A stretch of 63,789 nt of DNA, filler included, from Chiloscyllium plagiosum (GCF_004010195.1; 4 parts of one record of this genome joined end to end with filler, not necessarily neighbours in it), one strand, 5' to 3'; shown: positions 48,466 to 61,789, numbered from the whole stretch's first letter. Made by a program: numbers and translations. The notes: generated from the letters alone by a model not told the origin.

Positions 48466-49196
48466 AGATAAAATATCTAAAGAATTAAGCCACAGGTGAA
48501 GTTCAATAATTCATGCTGCTACTTTGAAGTAGAAACTCTAATGGTATTTCTATGGTGATGGGCGATTCCAGGTACCTCATAGCCTTACGACCCAACACCT
48601 GATAGATTATACCAAACAACACATCCCATCAGCTGTTTGAAAGAGACAGAACTTTAATAGTATTCAAACAGCCCATGGCTGGCAAACCTCAGAATGTCCA
48701 ATGTTAGTTTTAATTCTAGAGATAGGACATCACTTGCTGACCGATTTTGACTGCACTAAAAATTACATCAGTCAATATAAGATAATTAGTCAGACCCATG
48801 GTGTGGTTCACTCATGCTTGCAAGAGGCCAACATGTCAAACTATTGCGCCTTTTTAAAAAATTAAACAAAAGCACAGAGAACAAAGGTTCCGTGGAGCAT
48901 TCTCCATGGCAACTCTTTGACCAATCAGTTGATGTACCAACGAAGTAATTGCTCCTCTCTCTAAAATGTGGCATTCTTGTGTCTGTTCTGTTGAATATGG
49001 AATTGAAATTTTCAACAACGTTTTCAACAAGACTCACACTCCACAACTGGTAAATAAAAGAGAACAGCTCAAGTGCTGAAGTCTTGGTGAGGGAAACTTC
49101 TCCTCAGTTATTTGATCCATCATTAGAGATCATAGACCATGAGGAAATGTTAATCATAGCAGATAGGAGAAAGAATGCTGCATTAGAGCCTGGACA

Positions 49197-49375
49197 GATG
49201 TTTGTAAGTTAGCTCGCTGAGCTGGAAGTTTTGTTTTCAGATATTTCGTCACCATACTAGATAACATCATCAGTGTGAGTCATTGGTGAAGTGCTAGTGG
49301 GATGTCCTGCCTCTCTATTTATAAGTCTTGGTTTCTTAAGATGGGTGATGTCATTTCCAGTTCTTTTTTTCATGG
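49197..49375 (-). mobile_element. Penelope-like terminal fragment related to 16616-16877
   Basis: gctcgctgagctggaagttttg...tttcgtcacc...catcatcagtg (reverse hammerhead core). Confidence 0.7.
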
Positions 49376-49799
49376 TCTGAGTGGGTGAAAGGGCAGCATG
49401 TGTTTCCCACTGTGCTGCATATGGTCAATCAGGGAGGGATGGAAAGTCAGATTCAAGACGCAGTCTCCATAGTCTGATTTCCGCAGAGTTCTTCAGCTCT
49501 GAGATCCTTGACCAACTCCTTGCTTGGTCACCATCCCTTTCACTCAAGGTGCCTGCACATATCCCCACCTCAGCAGTCTCCTCTGATACTAACTTTAATC
49601 TTGGTGCTGTCTCAGGCCCATCCTTACTAGTCAACTTTCACTCCATCATCCTCTCAACTCATTCCTTTCTCCTACTTATAATTCTCCTCTCTTTGCAGAA
49701 CAGGTTGCAGAACAGGTTGCAGAACACCAGGGGTATAACCTTCATCAACATACAGGACAAGGCAATGTGCATTTACAACAAGAGAGAATCTAACCATCA

Positions 49800-50490
49800 G
49801 CTCTTGATGTATATTGGCCTTTCCATCACTGAATCACTCTCTATCATTGTTCAGAAACTGAATTAAACAAACCATACAAATATGGTGGCTATAAGAGAAG
49901 TCCAAAGATTTGGAATTCATATTGAGAGAAGTTCCTCTTGACTTCCTAATGTGTGTCCACCATCTACAAGGCACAAGTCAAAAGTGTGAATCAATACTTC
50001 TGCCTGGATGAGTGCAGTTAAAACAAACATTCAAGAAGATTAACACCATCCAGGATAAAGCAGTCTGCTTGATTGGTAGCACATTCATTGGTTTCAACAT
50101 TTACCTCAATACCCCTGATATATTGTGGCATCAGTGTGCACATGTACCATCTACAAGATACACTGCCATAACTACCCAAGGCTTCTTCATCAGCACTTTC
50201 CAAACTGACAACTTCTACCACCTAGAAGGGCGAGGACAGCAGACACATGGGAGCATCACCACCTGCAAGTTTCCCTCCAAACCAAACACCATCCCAACTT
50301 GGAAGTATATCGCCATTCCTTCAGCATTGCTTGGGCCAAATTGTGGAATGCCCTTCCTAACAACAGTAGGTATGCTTACAGCCCAAGGACTGCAGCAATT
50401 CAAGAAGGCAGTTCTCAGGGATGGTTAGGTAACGCAACAAATACTGGCTTAGATTGAAATTTTTACATCCCATGATTGACTCCAAAAAAG
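49800..50490 (+). mobile_element. 3' part of the second CR1-group LINE family
   Basis: STIYKAQVKSV...NTIQDKAVCLIG; ggactgcagcaattcaagaaggcag and tail. Confidence 0.8.
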
Positions 50491-50749
50491 TCTAGACAGC
50501 TGTAGAGCATGGGGCCACAGATACAATCTGCACCGAGGAATGTCTGATCATTGTAGATGGAGAGATGATGCTTGTAAGAGAATTCAATATCCTGCAGCTA
50601 TTTGATGTAGAACATGCTTAACATGTTCACTTCAATTTGACCAGCCACTGAAATCTGCTAAGAGGTTGACTTGGAACCGTTTAACTTTGTCAGGTTCCAA
50701 TACCTGTCTTACACTTCCTACAAGCCTTGCAAGTATTACTCAGGTATAG

Positions 50750-52440
50750 CAACTGAAGCAGACAAGCTGAGGGCGCAGACAGAACAGTTATAGCTGTTTC
50801 AGAAACATGGCTTAAGGAGGGACAGGAATGGCAGCTCAACATTTCTCATTACAGGGCTCTCAGACAAGACAGAGAAAGGGATATAAAAAGCGGAGGATGG
50901 TTGAGTAGCTTTCAATTTTGATCAAAACGTCACGACAGCTGCAAAGAGGGCTGATCAAATGAGGCCATATGGATTGAGTTAGGGAATAATAAAGTAACAG
51001 TCAAACTGTTGTGGTACAATTGTAGTATCCCTACCTCTTGATCCAAAAGTGTGTATTAACATCACTGAACAGTTTGATTAAAAATACCTACCTGTCAAAC
51101 TGCTGAGGATGTATGACAGGCCTCAGTCTGCGGGAGGTAGCAAGTGAGATGGTTAGGTGAGTCTCTGACAAATGCAAAAACAGTAGGGCAGTAGTAGTTG
51201 GTGATTTTTAACTACCCCAATGTTAAATAGGTGAGGGTTAGTGTGAAGGAAATTGAGAGAGCAGATATCTTGAGATGTACTTAAGATTGTTTTTGCCCAG
51301 TCTGTAGCAACTCCAAAATGATACAGCGCCCCAGTTGAGATTTATTTTTAGGGAATGAAGCTGGACAGGTGTTGTTTGTTCCAAACTGGAGTAATACTAC
51401 CTTTGCTAAGCTGAGGAGTGACTTCTCAAAATTGTGCTCGACCAAGCTACTTAAAGGCAAGTCAGTATCAGAGCAATGGGAGCCAGTGAATGGGAAGGTC
51501 TAAGGGTTCAAATCAAACAAGTTCCCACAAAAACAAATGGAAAAGACAAGCCTGGAACTATCCAGAGGTCAAAAAAGTTTACAGGATAAAATAAAGTAGT
51601 AAATGAAAGTTTATGATGGGCATTGAGAACTCTACTACAGGAAATCAAGAGGTGTCAATCAAGTCAAGTCAAAATAAAAATTAGGAAAGCAAAGAGAGGG
51701 CATATAAGAATATTAGGTAAAAATAAAGACTTCAGATGCTGGAAACCAGATTCTGGAGTAGAGTGGTTGATCAGGCAGTTCAGGCAGCATCTGAGAAGCA
51801 GGAAAATCCGACGTTTCAGGCAAAAGCCACTCATCAGGAATACAGGCAGAGTGCCTGAACGGTGGAAAGATAAATGAGAGGAGGTTGGGGGTGGGGAGAA
51901 AGTAGCATAGAGTACAATAGGTGAGTGGGGGTGGGGATGAAGGTGATAGGTCAGGGAGGAGGGTGGGGGAAGGTAGCAAAGAGTACAATGGGTGGATGGG
52001 GGTGGGATGAAGGTGATAGGTCAGAGAGGAGGGTGGAGTGGATAGGTGGAAAAGAAGATAGGCAGGTAGGACAAGTCATGGGGACCATGCTGAGCTGAAA
52101 GTTTGGAACTGGGGTGAGATGGGGAAGGGGAAATGAGGAAACTGGTGAAGTCCACATTGAGCAAATGTGGCTGTAGTAGCGAGTCTGTTTCAGCACATGG
52201 TTGAAGAGCTTCAGGGCAGAGGAAATGACCTGGGAGTTGCAGTGGGAGAGGGACTCCCTGAGATTTTTGTAGAGAGAGGAGGAAAACTTCTTCAAAGACA
52301 AGCATCCTTGCAAGAGGATTCGCAGTAGGGTTAAAATCAACTAGGTAAAAACAATGACTGCAGATGCTGGAAACCAGATTTTGGAGTAGAGTGATGCTGG
52401 AAAAGGATATTGGAAAGCAAAATCAAGGTGAAGTAAAAAG
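50750..52440 (+). mobile_element. Degenerate CR1 ORF2 endonuclease region, interrupted by Penelope
   Basis: ADKLRAQ...IAVSETWLKEGQEWQLNI; VVVGDFNYPNV; IRKAKRGH. Confidence 0.75.
51715..52405 (-). mobile_element. Penelope-like element with tandem partial pLTRs
   Basis: Direct repeat aggtaaaaa..gact.cagatgctggaaaccagatt.tggagtagagtg at ~51715 and ~52343; ORF start LTLLRILLQGCL. Confidence 0.85.
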
Positions 52441-52459
52441 AATGTCTCATCAGAGAAAA

Positions 52460-53680
52460 TTAGAAAATAGGAGCAATAGATCAGTTGGCTCAATCATTCA
52501 ATGTGATCATAGCTGATCATCCAACTCAGTGCCTTGTTCCAACTCTCTCCCAAGAGGGTTTTATCCCTCTTATAGCTCTAAGAAATATATCTAACTCCTA
52601 ATTCAACGTTTTTGGCCTTAAACAATGTTTGTGGCAAATTCCATAGGCTCAGTACGTGATGTCCCTTTATCTCAGTCCTAAATGTCCTACCCTCTATCAC
52701 CAGACCAGGACTCCAGGTTTTGGACTCTCTGGTCATTGGGAACAGCTTTCCTGCGTTCATCTTGTCTAGCTCCTGTCAGAATTACATGGGATTCTATGAG
52801 ATTATTCCCTCATTCTTCTAATCTCCAGTGGATTTATCCCTAACCAATCGGTTGCCGTTCATGTGTCAGCCCAACAATTCCAGGAATCAAACCGGGAAAC
52901 CTTTACTGGACCCCTCTACATCCAGAACATCCTTCTTCAGATAAGGAGACCAAAACTAACACAATACTCCAGATGTGATCTCACCAATGCTCTGTACAAT
53001 TGCAGCAAGATATCCCTTTCCTCGACTCAAATTCACACACCATAAAGGCCAACATACAGTTTGCCTTTCTTCACTGCTTACTGCACCCACATGCTTACCT
53101 TGAGCAGCTAGTGTACAAGGATAGTCAGATCCAGTTGCAACTCCTATTTTTCAAATCTGTCAGATAATAATCTGTGCCTATTTTTGCTACCAGAGTGGAT
53201 AACCTTACATTTATCCACATTATACTTTATCTGCCATGCATTTGCCCACTCACACAACTTCTCCAAATCACACTGCAGCATCTCTGCAGCCTCATCATAG
53301 CACATCCTCATACACAGCTTTATGTTGTCTATAAAACTGGAAATATTACATTTAATTCCATCAACTAAGTCATAAATATATATTATGACCAGCTGAGATC
53401 CAAACACTGATCCCTGCAATGCCCAATCTATCAATTGGAAAATATCCTGTTTATGCTTACTCTTTGTTTTCTGTCTGCCTACCAGTTAGTGTACATGTCA
53501 GTACACTATTTGCAATACCATGTACATTAGTTTTATATTATGTGCGGCCTTATCAAAAGCCTTCTGAAAATCCATGTTAACCACTTCCACTGGCTCCCCC
53601 TATAAATTCTACTGGTTAAGTGTCTTGAAAAATCCCAGTTCATTTGATAATAATGATTTACCTTTCATAAATTAATGCTG
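52460..53680 (-). mobile_element. Older CR1 RT/3' fragment
   Basis: ORF 53144-53434(-) QGSVFGSQL.IIYIYDL...WANAWQIKYNVDKCKVIH; DFQKAFDK on the minus strand near 53550. Confidence 0.85.
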
Positions 53681-54117
53681 AAAAAATAAGAGCAATTTTA
53701 TTTTCTGTTAACCCTGAGAAAAATAAATCAATATATTGAGTAGACTTTAACATAAGTACAAAGTTAAGGGGGGGATCATGTTCAGTACAAGAGGAATTAT
53801 AAAAGAATAAATAATTAGGGTATCCTTTGAACTGTGAAGTTTTAAAATATGATCAAATTTGGTTAGCAGTGGTTTGGAACAACAACATCCATGAATATTG
53901 CTGATCTTTTTCAGTTCAATGTATCTATTTCAATTTCTTTTTAATTTATGCTACTACTGAGTACTATCTCCTTCAAGGACAAGAAGAAAAGAACTTATTC
54001 TCATTCTGCAATTCCAAATCCAGCTCCCTACCTCTGCTGATGGCAGCTACTGGAAATATGGCCACCTTTGTGAATATCTAGTTCTGAACTCAATCTTTCC
54101 AAGCTTTAGTAAATTTA

Positions 54118-54262
54118 GAAGTTCTGAAGAAGGGTCACTCGACCCAAATCTTAACTTTAATTTCTGTCCCCAGACGCCGCCAGACCTGCTGAGATTTTCC
54201 AGCAATTTCTATTTTTGTTTCTGATTTCTGATTTCCAGCATCTGTGGTTCTTTCAGTATTTT
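54118..54262 (+). mobile_element. Penelope-derived short element with mutated hammerhead
   Basis: agttCTGAAGAagggtcactcgaccc-aaatc-ttaact; stems I and II are intact but the GAAA box is mutated. Confidence 0.7.
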
Positions 54263-54849
54263 CACTTGTTAAATTCAGTGACGTTTTTAATCTCCAGGAT
54301 GTTAAACATGTTATACACATATAAATGAAAATAGGAGTCCAGAGTTTCTTCATGCTTGACTATGGTTAACTAGTTTTGGTGCATTTTGATAAAAGTGTTA
54401 ATTTTAGTTCGCAGTTGTTTATTCCATGGTGGTTGCATCAAGTTTGGCTAACCTGTGTGATTTTAAGTCTGTGTTTTAGACCTATGTTAAAACCATTTCA
54501 GTCCATGAAAGTTTTAAAATTGTATAATGGAATTCAAGAATTAAAAGGCCATTTCTGATCACTGGTGTGACACGCAACAGTTTCAAGGCAGTTCTGTATA
54601 AATGGTTTCTATTTCTTTCATCTGAAGGTTGACAGATGGGAAGTGGCACAATCCTCTGATATAGCAGAAAATATCTCCATAATACAGCAATCATTGTTGA
54701 ATAATTGAAGGCTTTCCGGACTGTCAATCCACTCAGTTCTGTTACTCCACATTGTCTTTCTATTTTGTTCAAACTGCTGAGTTGCAGGATGCCAATGAAG
54801 CTATGCATTGGCTGTTAAAGCCAGAATCTATGCCACAAATGGCCAGGAA

Positions 54850-55095
54850 GGTGTTGGCCTAGTGTTAATCCATGGAGCTGGGGTCAAATCCCACCATGGC
54901 AAAAGGTGGAATTTGAATTCAATTAATACCTAGAATTAAGAAGCTAATGACTAGTATAAAAGCCAATTGTTGGAAAAATCCATCTGATTCACTAATGTCT
55001 TTTAGGGAAGGAAGCTACCATCCTTGCCTGATCTGGCCTACATGTGTCTCCAGACTCACAACAAAGTTGATTGTCTCTCAACTGCCCTCTGGGCA
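54850..55095 (+). mobile_element. tRNA-headed SINE fragment
   Basis: gggtcaaatcccaccatggca...cactaatgtcttttagggaagg...aactgccctctgggc. Confidence 0.75.
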
Positions 55096-55799
55096 AAAAA
55101 AGCTGCCATCATCCTGTTCAAAGATAAAGTCAGTTGACTTTTACCTTTCATTCATTGCAGACTTTCTTCAAACTCAGGGAGTTTTGTGCGCTCATGAATG
55201 TGCTGCAGCTCAATGCAGAACTTAGCACTTTCAAAGGCTTCTGAGCATCTTGGCACCTTCCTGTATGCACCAACAATAATCCAACATGACACACGAAACA
55301 TTTCCCCAGTTAATCATAAACATTACAGCATGTGAAAAGATGATTCCGTCCATCCTGAGCCTGAAGGCATTCCAAAAGAGCAAACCTTGGAGCCTCCATC
55401 CCCCCTTCTTTAACTGTGTGTTATCTTGTAGAATCTTTAACCGCATCTGTTTTCAAAGTTACTTATGGATTCTGCTTTCACCATTTTTTCTCGTAAGGTA
55501 TTCAATTTCCAGACAATTATGTTCATGGAATTAAGTTCATAATCTTTTCTGATAGCTTTTTTTTAACAATTAATCTGATAAATGACTCATTGACTAGCGG
55601 AAACATTTTTGCTTCTGATAGCCCATAATTATGAGGACATTTATCAGACTTTCTCTTCACTTTCTCAAAGGGAGAAAAATCATCATGTTATGCTCTTACA
55701 TGGAAGTAAAACCAGTGGTGAAATCTATTTTGAAGTATGATTGGAATGCACGTGTTAATAACATCATGACTTATAACATTATTAGTCATTATAAGTCAT

Positions 55800-55927
55800 T
55801 CTTAATGAAGGGCTTATGCCCGAAACGTTGACTCGCCTGTTCGTCCGATGCTGCCTAACCGGCAGTGCTTTACCAGCACCATACTCTTTCACTCTGATCT
55901 CCAGCATCTGTGGTCCTCATTTTCTCC
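55800..55927 (+). mobile_element. Penelope pLTR fragment
   Basis: atgaagggcttatgcccgaaacgttga...tctgatctccagcatctg. Confidence 0.8.
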
Positions 55928-56164
55928 CTATAACATTATAACATTGACATTAGCAGTCACGTGCCAATGAGACTCTGAGATGAGAAAATAGCAGTACTTG
56001 ATAGCTGGAATGCTGAGACAAGTATTGTGTAAAATAGTAGACAAATGAAATAGTGCATTGCAACTTCAATGAGGTAGAGAATAGTCACCTTTCAATAAGG
56101 CAGAGTTAGAAAAGGCAGAGATAGATTTTTTATTGTTAATGACATCATCTGGAGGTGTGATGTC

Positions 56165-57340
56165 GTGATTTTGTGAGTAACCCAGTATTGCAGGCTAATA
56201 TTACAGGGACATGTGTTTAAGTCACATCAGAGCAAATAGCGAAATGTGAATTCAATTAAATCTGGACTGCTGACATAATGGTGAACCTGTAACCACTATT
56301 GCTATGAGTACAAATCCTGTCTGCCCTTTAGGGAAAGAAATTTACCATCCTTACCTAACTGTCTGTGACTCCACAGCAAAGTGGTTGACTCTGAAATGGA
56401 ATTGCCAAATAAGCCACTTCGGTGGATTAAATTGCAGCAAAGTCTAAAATGCAATTGAGTGGGTCACTGAGTGCAGGCCAAGGCACTGGATTTAGCATTG
56501 GCAAAAACAGCCCTGTTGACGCAGCAAAGTACTTCTGACTAATACTTTAAGCTATCCATCACAACTGGAAGAGCTGTCCCACAGACTGGTGAAGCAACAG
56601 CAGGACATAATCAAATAAAAGCATAGTATTATGGATTCTGGAAATCTGACGTGGTCATTCCCACAAAATGATAGGTTACAGATGTCCCAGTGCCATCATC
56701 ACCATCCCTGGGGATAGCCTGTCCCAGCACTAGGACAGATAAAGGGAACAGGTTGCCATGGGAATCTTTCATTTTGACCTCAAGAAATTACATGGCATCA
56801 CAAGGAACCTTCCTGCTGGCTATCATTACTGTTACTCCCCTGGGATGATAAATCTGTTTGCTTCTAATTAGAACATGTGGGAAGGACTTCAATCTCCATC
56901 AGCAAGAGTGGCTCAGCAGCACCACCTCTTGCCCCCTACAGGACATTGTTTCTAGACTGAGTCTGCAGCCGGTGGTGAGAGAAACAACAAGACAAAAAGA
57001 TCGACTTGACCTCATCTCCAACAGCCTGCATTCCACAGATGTGTCCACCCTGTACAGTAATGATAGGAGAGACCACTACACAGACTTTATGGAGATCATC
57101 ATTATATCAAGAATAGCCTCTGTCATGTTGTGTGGCAGTACATCACTCTGCCAAATGAGATACACTTCCAACAGGTCTAGCAATTCATGCTGGACTTCTC
57201 TGAGACACTGTGGGCCATTAGCAAGAGCAGGTAGGTAATCAATCGCAATCTGTAACCTCATGGCCAAATAATCCAGACATGACCATCAAACTGCAAGATC
57301 AGCCATGGTTCGATTAAGTGTGCAGGAGGACACGCAAGGA
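56165..57340 (+). mobile_element. 5' part of the second CR1-group LINE: SINE-like head followed by an endonuclease remnant
   Basis: 56165-56420 resembles the SINE head and body; then QLEELSHRLVKQQQDII, TIPG, DFNLHQQEWLSS, LQPVVRETTRQKDRLDLISN and RRDHY (AP-endonuclease motifs). Confidence 0.7.
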
Positions 57341-57694
57341 GCAATACCCTGCTCAACATCTCTCCTCACCTCAGGTGTGGTGACTTCAGGTTAAACCACC
57401 ACCAATTGTCTCTCGCTAATGGGAGAGCAGTCTGGTAAGGATATGGTGACCTCATTTATATGATTACCATTAGGCTAGATTTTAATACCAATTTTTATAG
57501 AATTCAAATCTGTTATGGCCAAATTCAAGCCTGTGACCTTTGAATTGGGACTCTGAATGACTAGTTCAGTGACATTACTACTTTGTCTTGACTTCCTCTG
57601 TATATTTCAACTCTTCTGTGATAAAGACCAACATTTTCTTTGACAAACTGTCAAGGAAGACTGCAGGAATGATCTCTTTGTTAAATAAAAATCT

Positions 57695-57850
57695 ATGGCT
57701 CAACACTAGCACTCTTGCCTCTGAGATTAAAGACTGGGCTCCATTCCTGCTGCACAGACTTATGCATAAATCTGGATGATACAGTGCTGCCAATTGCATA
57801 TCTGCCATTTGTGCTCAGATCATTGTCAGATTAATGAAATGAGTCATCTC
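57695..57850 (+). mobile_element. Deu-SINE 5' head fragment
   Basis: tagcactcttgcctctgag...gacttatgcataaatctggatga. Confidence 0.5.
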
Positions 57851-58194
57851 AAGTAAAAAAAAATAAATTAAATTATGATTGAATACTGAAATCTAAGAGA
57901 ACCTGAGTTGCAGAATACAGTGTGAAGCTGGAAATATCTGAGTCAACCCAGAACTTGAGATTCTTATAGAATGGAAATCAGTTTTACTTGGAGGAGAATT
58001 GGCAAGAAATTGATGTGGGATGAAATTATTAATAGTGCCCACTGGGTGTATATCTTTCATATATGCCTCATTAACTTCTAAGGGGAGAATGACAAATTTC
58101 GCTATTCAATTCAATAATCATTTCAGATGTATGTCTCATGGATTTTTAAGGTACTTTTGAATTCCATCATATAACATTTAAAGCATGATCAATC

Positions 58195-58570
58195 ATCAAC
58201 AAGTTGCATTGACTCCATCTTTAGTGGAGTAAAATGTTTCAAGGTCTTTCACAGGACCATTATCAGATAAGTCTGATAACAAGACATATATAGAAACGTT
58301 AGATTGAAATGATCAGAAACGTGGACTAAGGAAGTCATTTGCAAGTGTTTACTTGAAGGAGAGAAAGATGGAAATTGGGAGAGGTTGAGAGATGGAATCT
58401 CAGAGGTTGGGGCCCAGGAGGGCATAAGGTGGAGCAAAGGAAAATATTAAGAAGCTCAAGGGCAGAATTGGTGGAGCACAGAGATTACAGAATATTATAA
58501 AGCTGGAGGAGGTACTGATATTGGGAATGGGGAGATTTGGAACAAGGTTGAAAATGTTGTAATCGAGAGT
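58195..58570 (-). mobile_element. L2-like LINE 3' end
   Basis: ORF 58249-58437(-) WAPTSEIPSLNLS...SSKHL resembles the frameshifted L2 C-terminus; L2-type tail. Confidence 0.6.
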
Positions 58571-58599
58571 AAACCGTGGAAGGAATCAATATAGTTTGG

Positions 58600-59042
58600 T
58601 GCTATAATTCCAACCAAACTAATCTCCAAATTCTGAGACCTAGGTCTCTGCTCCACTGTCTGCAGCTGGATCCTTGACTTTCTGATCCACCAAACGCACT
58701 CAGTGAGAATAGGCAACCAGTCTCCTCCACAACCGTCCTCAACGCCCCTCATGGCTGAGTACTCAGTCCCTTACGATACTCCCTGTACACTCATGACTAC
58801 ACGGCCAACTTTTATCCAAACTTCATCTACAATTTCACTGACAACACCATTGATGTGGGCTGGATCTTAAACAATGATGAGATGGAATACAAGAAAGAGG
58901 GAGAGTATGTAAGCTGTTTCAACTGCACACAAAACAAAACTTATTACTGTACTTAGCTCCATGAGTACAGTAATAAATAATAAATCAATATACTTATAAA
59001 TCAATATAAATCAATAATAAATTAATAATAAATCAAATCAAA
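58600..59042 (+). mobile_element. Rex1/Babar LINE, internally deleted
   Basis: IIPTKLISKF*DLGLCSTVCSWILDFL...VLSPLRYSLYTHD...IYNFTDNTIDVG, joined to a 3' tail with (AAATC)n. Confidence 0.8.
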
Positions 59043-59538
59043 AAATGTTAGTTCGACTAATACGTATATTTATTGTTATTTCTTTATCCCTAGAGTTGTT
59101 AGAAATGGAGCTGATTATGACAAACAATGGCAACAAGGAATCAAGGATCTTGATAAACAGGGGAACCGACATTATAACTCCTTAATCAATTAAATATATA
59201 TATTGAGAAAAAAATAGAGGAAGTATTCTCATGTTGCTTTTTATGAGAAAAGATTTGTGTGTGAAAATTGGCTTCCTCATTTTGTTTTATTATCTCATAC
59301 ATTATAAGAATTGATGGCACAACATACCTACAGGACAACAGTGACCACATTTTAAATGTACTTCCTTGGTTGTAAAGTGCTTCCAGTGGTGCTGGACCAA
59401 TCCACGTTTCTTGTCTTTCTGGGTGAATTCAACGTCAGATCAAGTATAGAAAGAGAGGCAGGCAGGAATAGTTAGAAAAACAATTAAAAATTAAAGGATT
59501 AACCTTTCTGGAAATCACTCAATATCTGAAGAAAATAA

Positions 59539-59922
59539 TTAAAAATCACACAACACCAGGTTAGAGTCCAACAGGTTTAATTGGAAGTACACTAGCTTTC
59601 GGAGCGACGCTCCTTCATCAGGTGACTGTGGAGGGCTCGATCGTAACTCAGAACTTATAGCAAAAATTTGCAGTGTGATGTAACTGAAATTATACATTGA
59701 AAAATTGATTGTCTGTTCAATGTTTTTCAATGTATAATTTCAGTTACATCACATTGCAAATTTTTGCTATAAATTCTGTGTTATGATCGAGCCCTCCACA
59801 ATCACCTGATGAAGGAGCGACGCTCCAAAAGCTAGTGTGCTTCCAATTAAACCTGTTGGACTATAACCTGGTGTTGTGTGATTTTTAACTTTGTACCCCC
59901 CAGCACCGGCATCTCCAAATCA
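59539..59922. mobile_element. Penelope-like fold-back element, ~165-bp inverted arms each with a hammerhead motif
   Basis: 59539-59704 is near-perfectly inverted at 59723-59888; intact core on the minus strand at 59590-59624; possible TSD tgaagaaaa (59527-59535, 59923-59931). Confidence 0.85.
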
Positions 59923-61019
59923 TGAAGAAAAGGGATTCTACAAATAAGTGTTCACTTTCAAGTAATTTACTTTCAGACATGCCGTGACACTCCTCCAGAG
60001 GATGTGGGATTTAAATCCAGGTCATCGAGGTCAGACAGACAGATATTACCATAGCTCCACAAGACATTACTCAGGGTCCTTGATCAACTTATTCTGGCCT
60101 GTTATAATACACCTTCAGGGAAGATAGGACTTAAACCCAGAACTTCAAGCTCAGAGGCAGGAATACTCTATCTACACCACTATAGCCTCTTGTCACTCAA
60201 ATAAAAGTAAAATACAGCAGATGCTGGTGATCTGCTATAGAAGGAGGAATCACTGGAAATATGCAGCAAGTCCAGTAACATCTGTGGAGAGGGAAACCGA
60301 GCTGATGCTTTAAATCTAGTGTGACTGTCCTGAAGAAAAGCTGGTTTTGAGGGCTAGTTTTAAATCCCATTCCTTTACTAGTTTAACATCCATACTCTTT
60401 GGTATCTTCTTTGGGTGAACACGTTTTATTCCATTTTGAGCTCCTGCGACATCGTGATAGTCTGGATTTAAATGACACCACTGCTGGAGATGTGTCACAG
60501 CATGTCCAAACAGATTGATTCAAAATGCTTACAACATCATGTAGCTCACAGAGAAGGATGCAAAATGTTATTATTGCAAAGTGAATGACGGAGTGCTGCA
60601 TATCATCCAGGAATTTGTGACCATTGCAATTCACAGGATATGGTCACCTCACCATGCATTCTCACCAATTTGCACTGTTCAGGCGCTCTTAAATTTTCAG
60701 CAAAGTGTGGACCATTGGTGAATCAATGTTGTGGTTCCATATCACAAGTAAAGAAAGTATTTTATCTGGGGAAGACCTTTTGTTTCCAAAATAATAATGT
60801 TTAGTAAATTTTGTAGAATGGTACTACTTGTATAATCTTTAATGATCAGAATAGAAATCAATATCTTATTTCTTACCAACTTGCTTTAAGTAACTCTGAA
60901 AACCATTTGGCTGATAGAATACATAACAAGGTTGAGAAATTTACTGTTAAATCACCTCAGAGTAAACTTAGGATTTAAACTATATAACTTAAGGAAGGAT
61001 TTTTTTTGAGGAATTGAGT

Positions 61020-61549
61020 TAGAGTCATAGAGTCATAGAGATGTATAGCATGGAAAAGACCCTTCGGTCCAACCCGTCCATGCCGACCAGATATCCCAAC
61101 CCAATCTAGTCCCACCTGCCAGCATTCCGGCCCATATCCTTCCAAACCCTTCCTATTCATATACTCATCCAAGTGCCTCTTAAATGTTGCAATTGTACCA
61201 GCCTCCACCACTTCCTCTGGCAGCTCATTCCATACACATACCACCCTCTGCCTGAAAATGTTGCCCCTTAGGTCTCTTTTATATCTTTCCCCTCACACCC
61301 TAAACCTATGCCCTCTAGTTCTGGACTCCCCCATCCCAGGGAAAAGACTTTGCATTTTTTTCCTATCCATGCCCCTCATAATTTTGTAAACCTCTATAAG
61401 GTCACCCCTCTGCCTCCGACGCTCCAGGGAAAACAGCCCCAGTCTGTTCAGCCTCTTCCTGTAGCTCAGATCCTTCAACCCTGGCAACATCCTTGTAAAT
61501 CTTTTCTGAACCCTTTCAAGTTTCACAACATCTTTCCGATAGGAAGGAG
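61020..61549 (-). mobile_element. Young CR1 (HER1-like) 3' end
   Basis: ORFs 61293-61526 and 60975-61244; (atagagtc)n tail. Confidence 0.95.
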
Positions 61550-61649
61550 NNNNNNNNNNNNNNNNNNNNNNNNNNNNNNNNNNNNNNNNNNNNTTAATTA
61601 ATTAANNNNNNNNNNNNNNNNNNNNNNNNNNNNNNNNNNNNNNNNNNNN

Positions 61650-61789
61650 GGGCAGTAGGAAGAGGTGTCCTCGAGTTGGCGTTTGGCTTCAGCGGTGTAG
61701 AGGTCAGTGCGCCAGACTACCACTGCGCCCCCTTTATCCGCTGGCTTGATGGTGAGGTTGGGATTAGAGCAGAGGGATTGGAGGGCTGT
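61650..61789 (-). mobile_element. Penelope RT N-terminal fragment
   Basis: ALQSLCSNPNLTIKPADKGGAVVVWRTDLYTAEAKRQLEDTSSY (PLE DKG motif). Confidence 0.9.

Noticed and set aside
49694..49727. 12-bp tandem repeat (ttgcagaacagg) within the 161-aa ORF 49381-49866
   Set aside because: It is a simple slippage duplication; the ORF has no recognisable domain and runs into LINE sequence.
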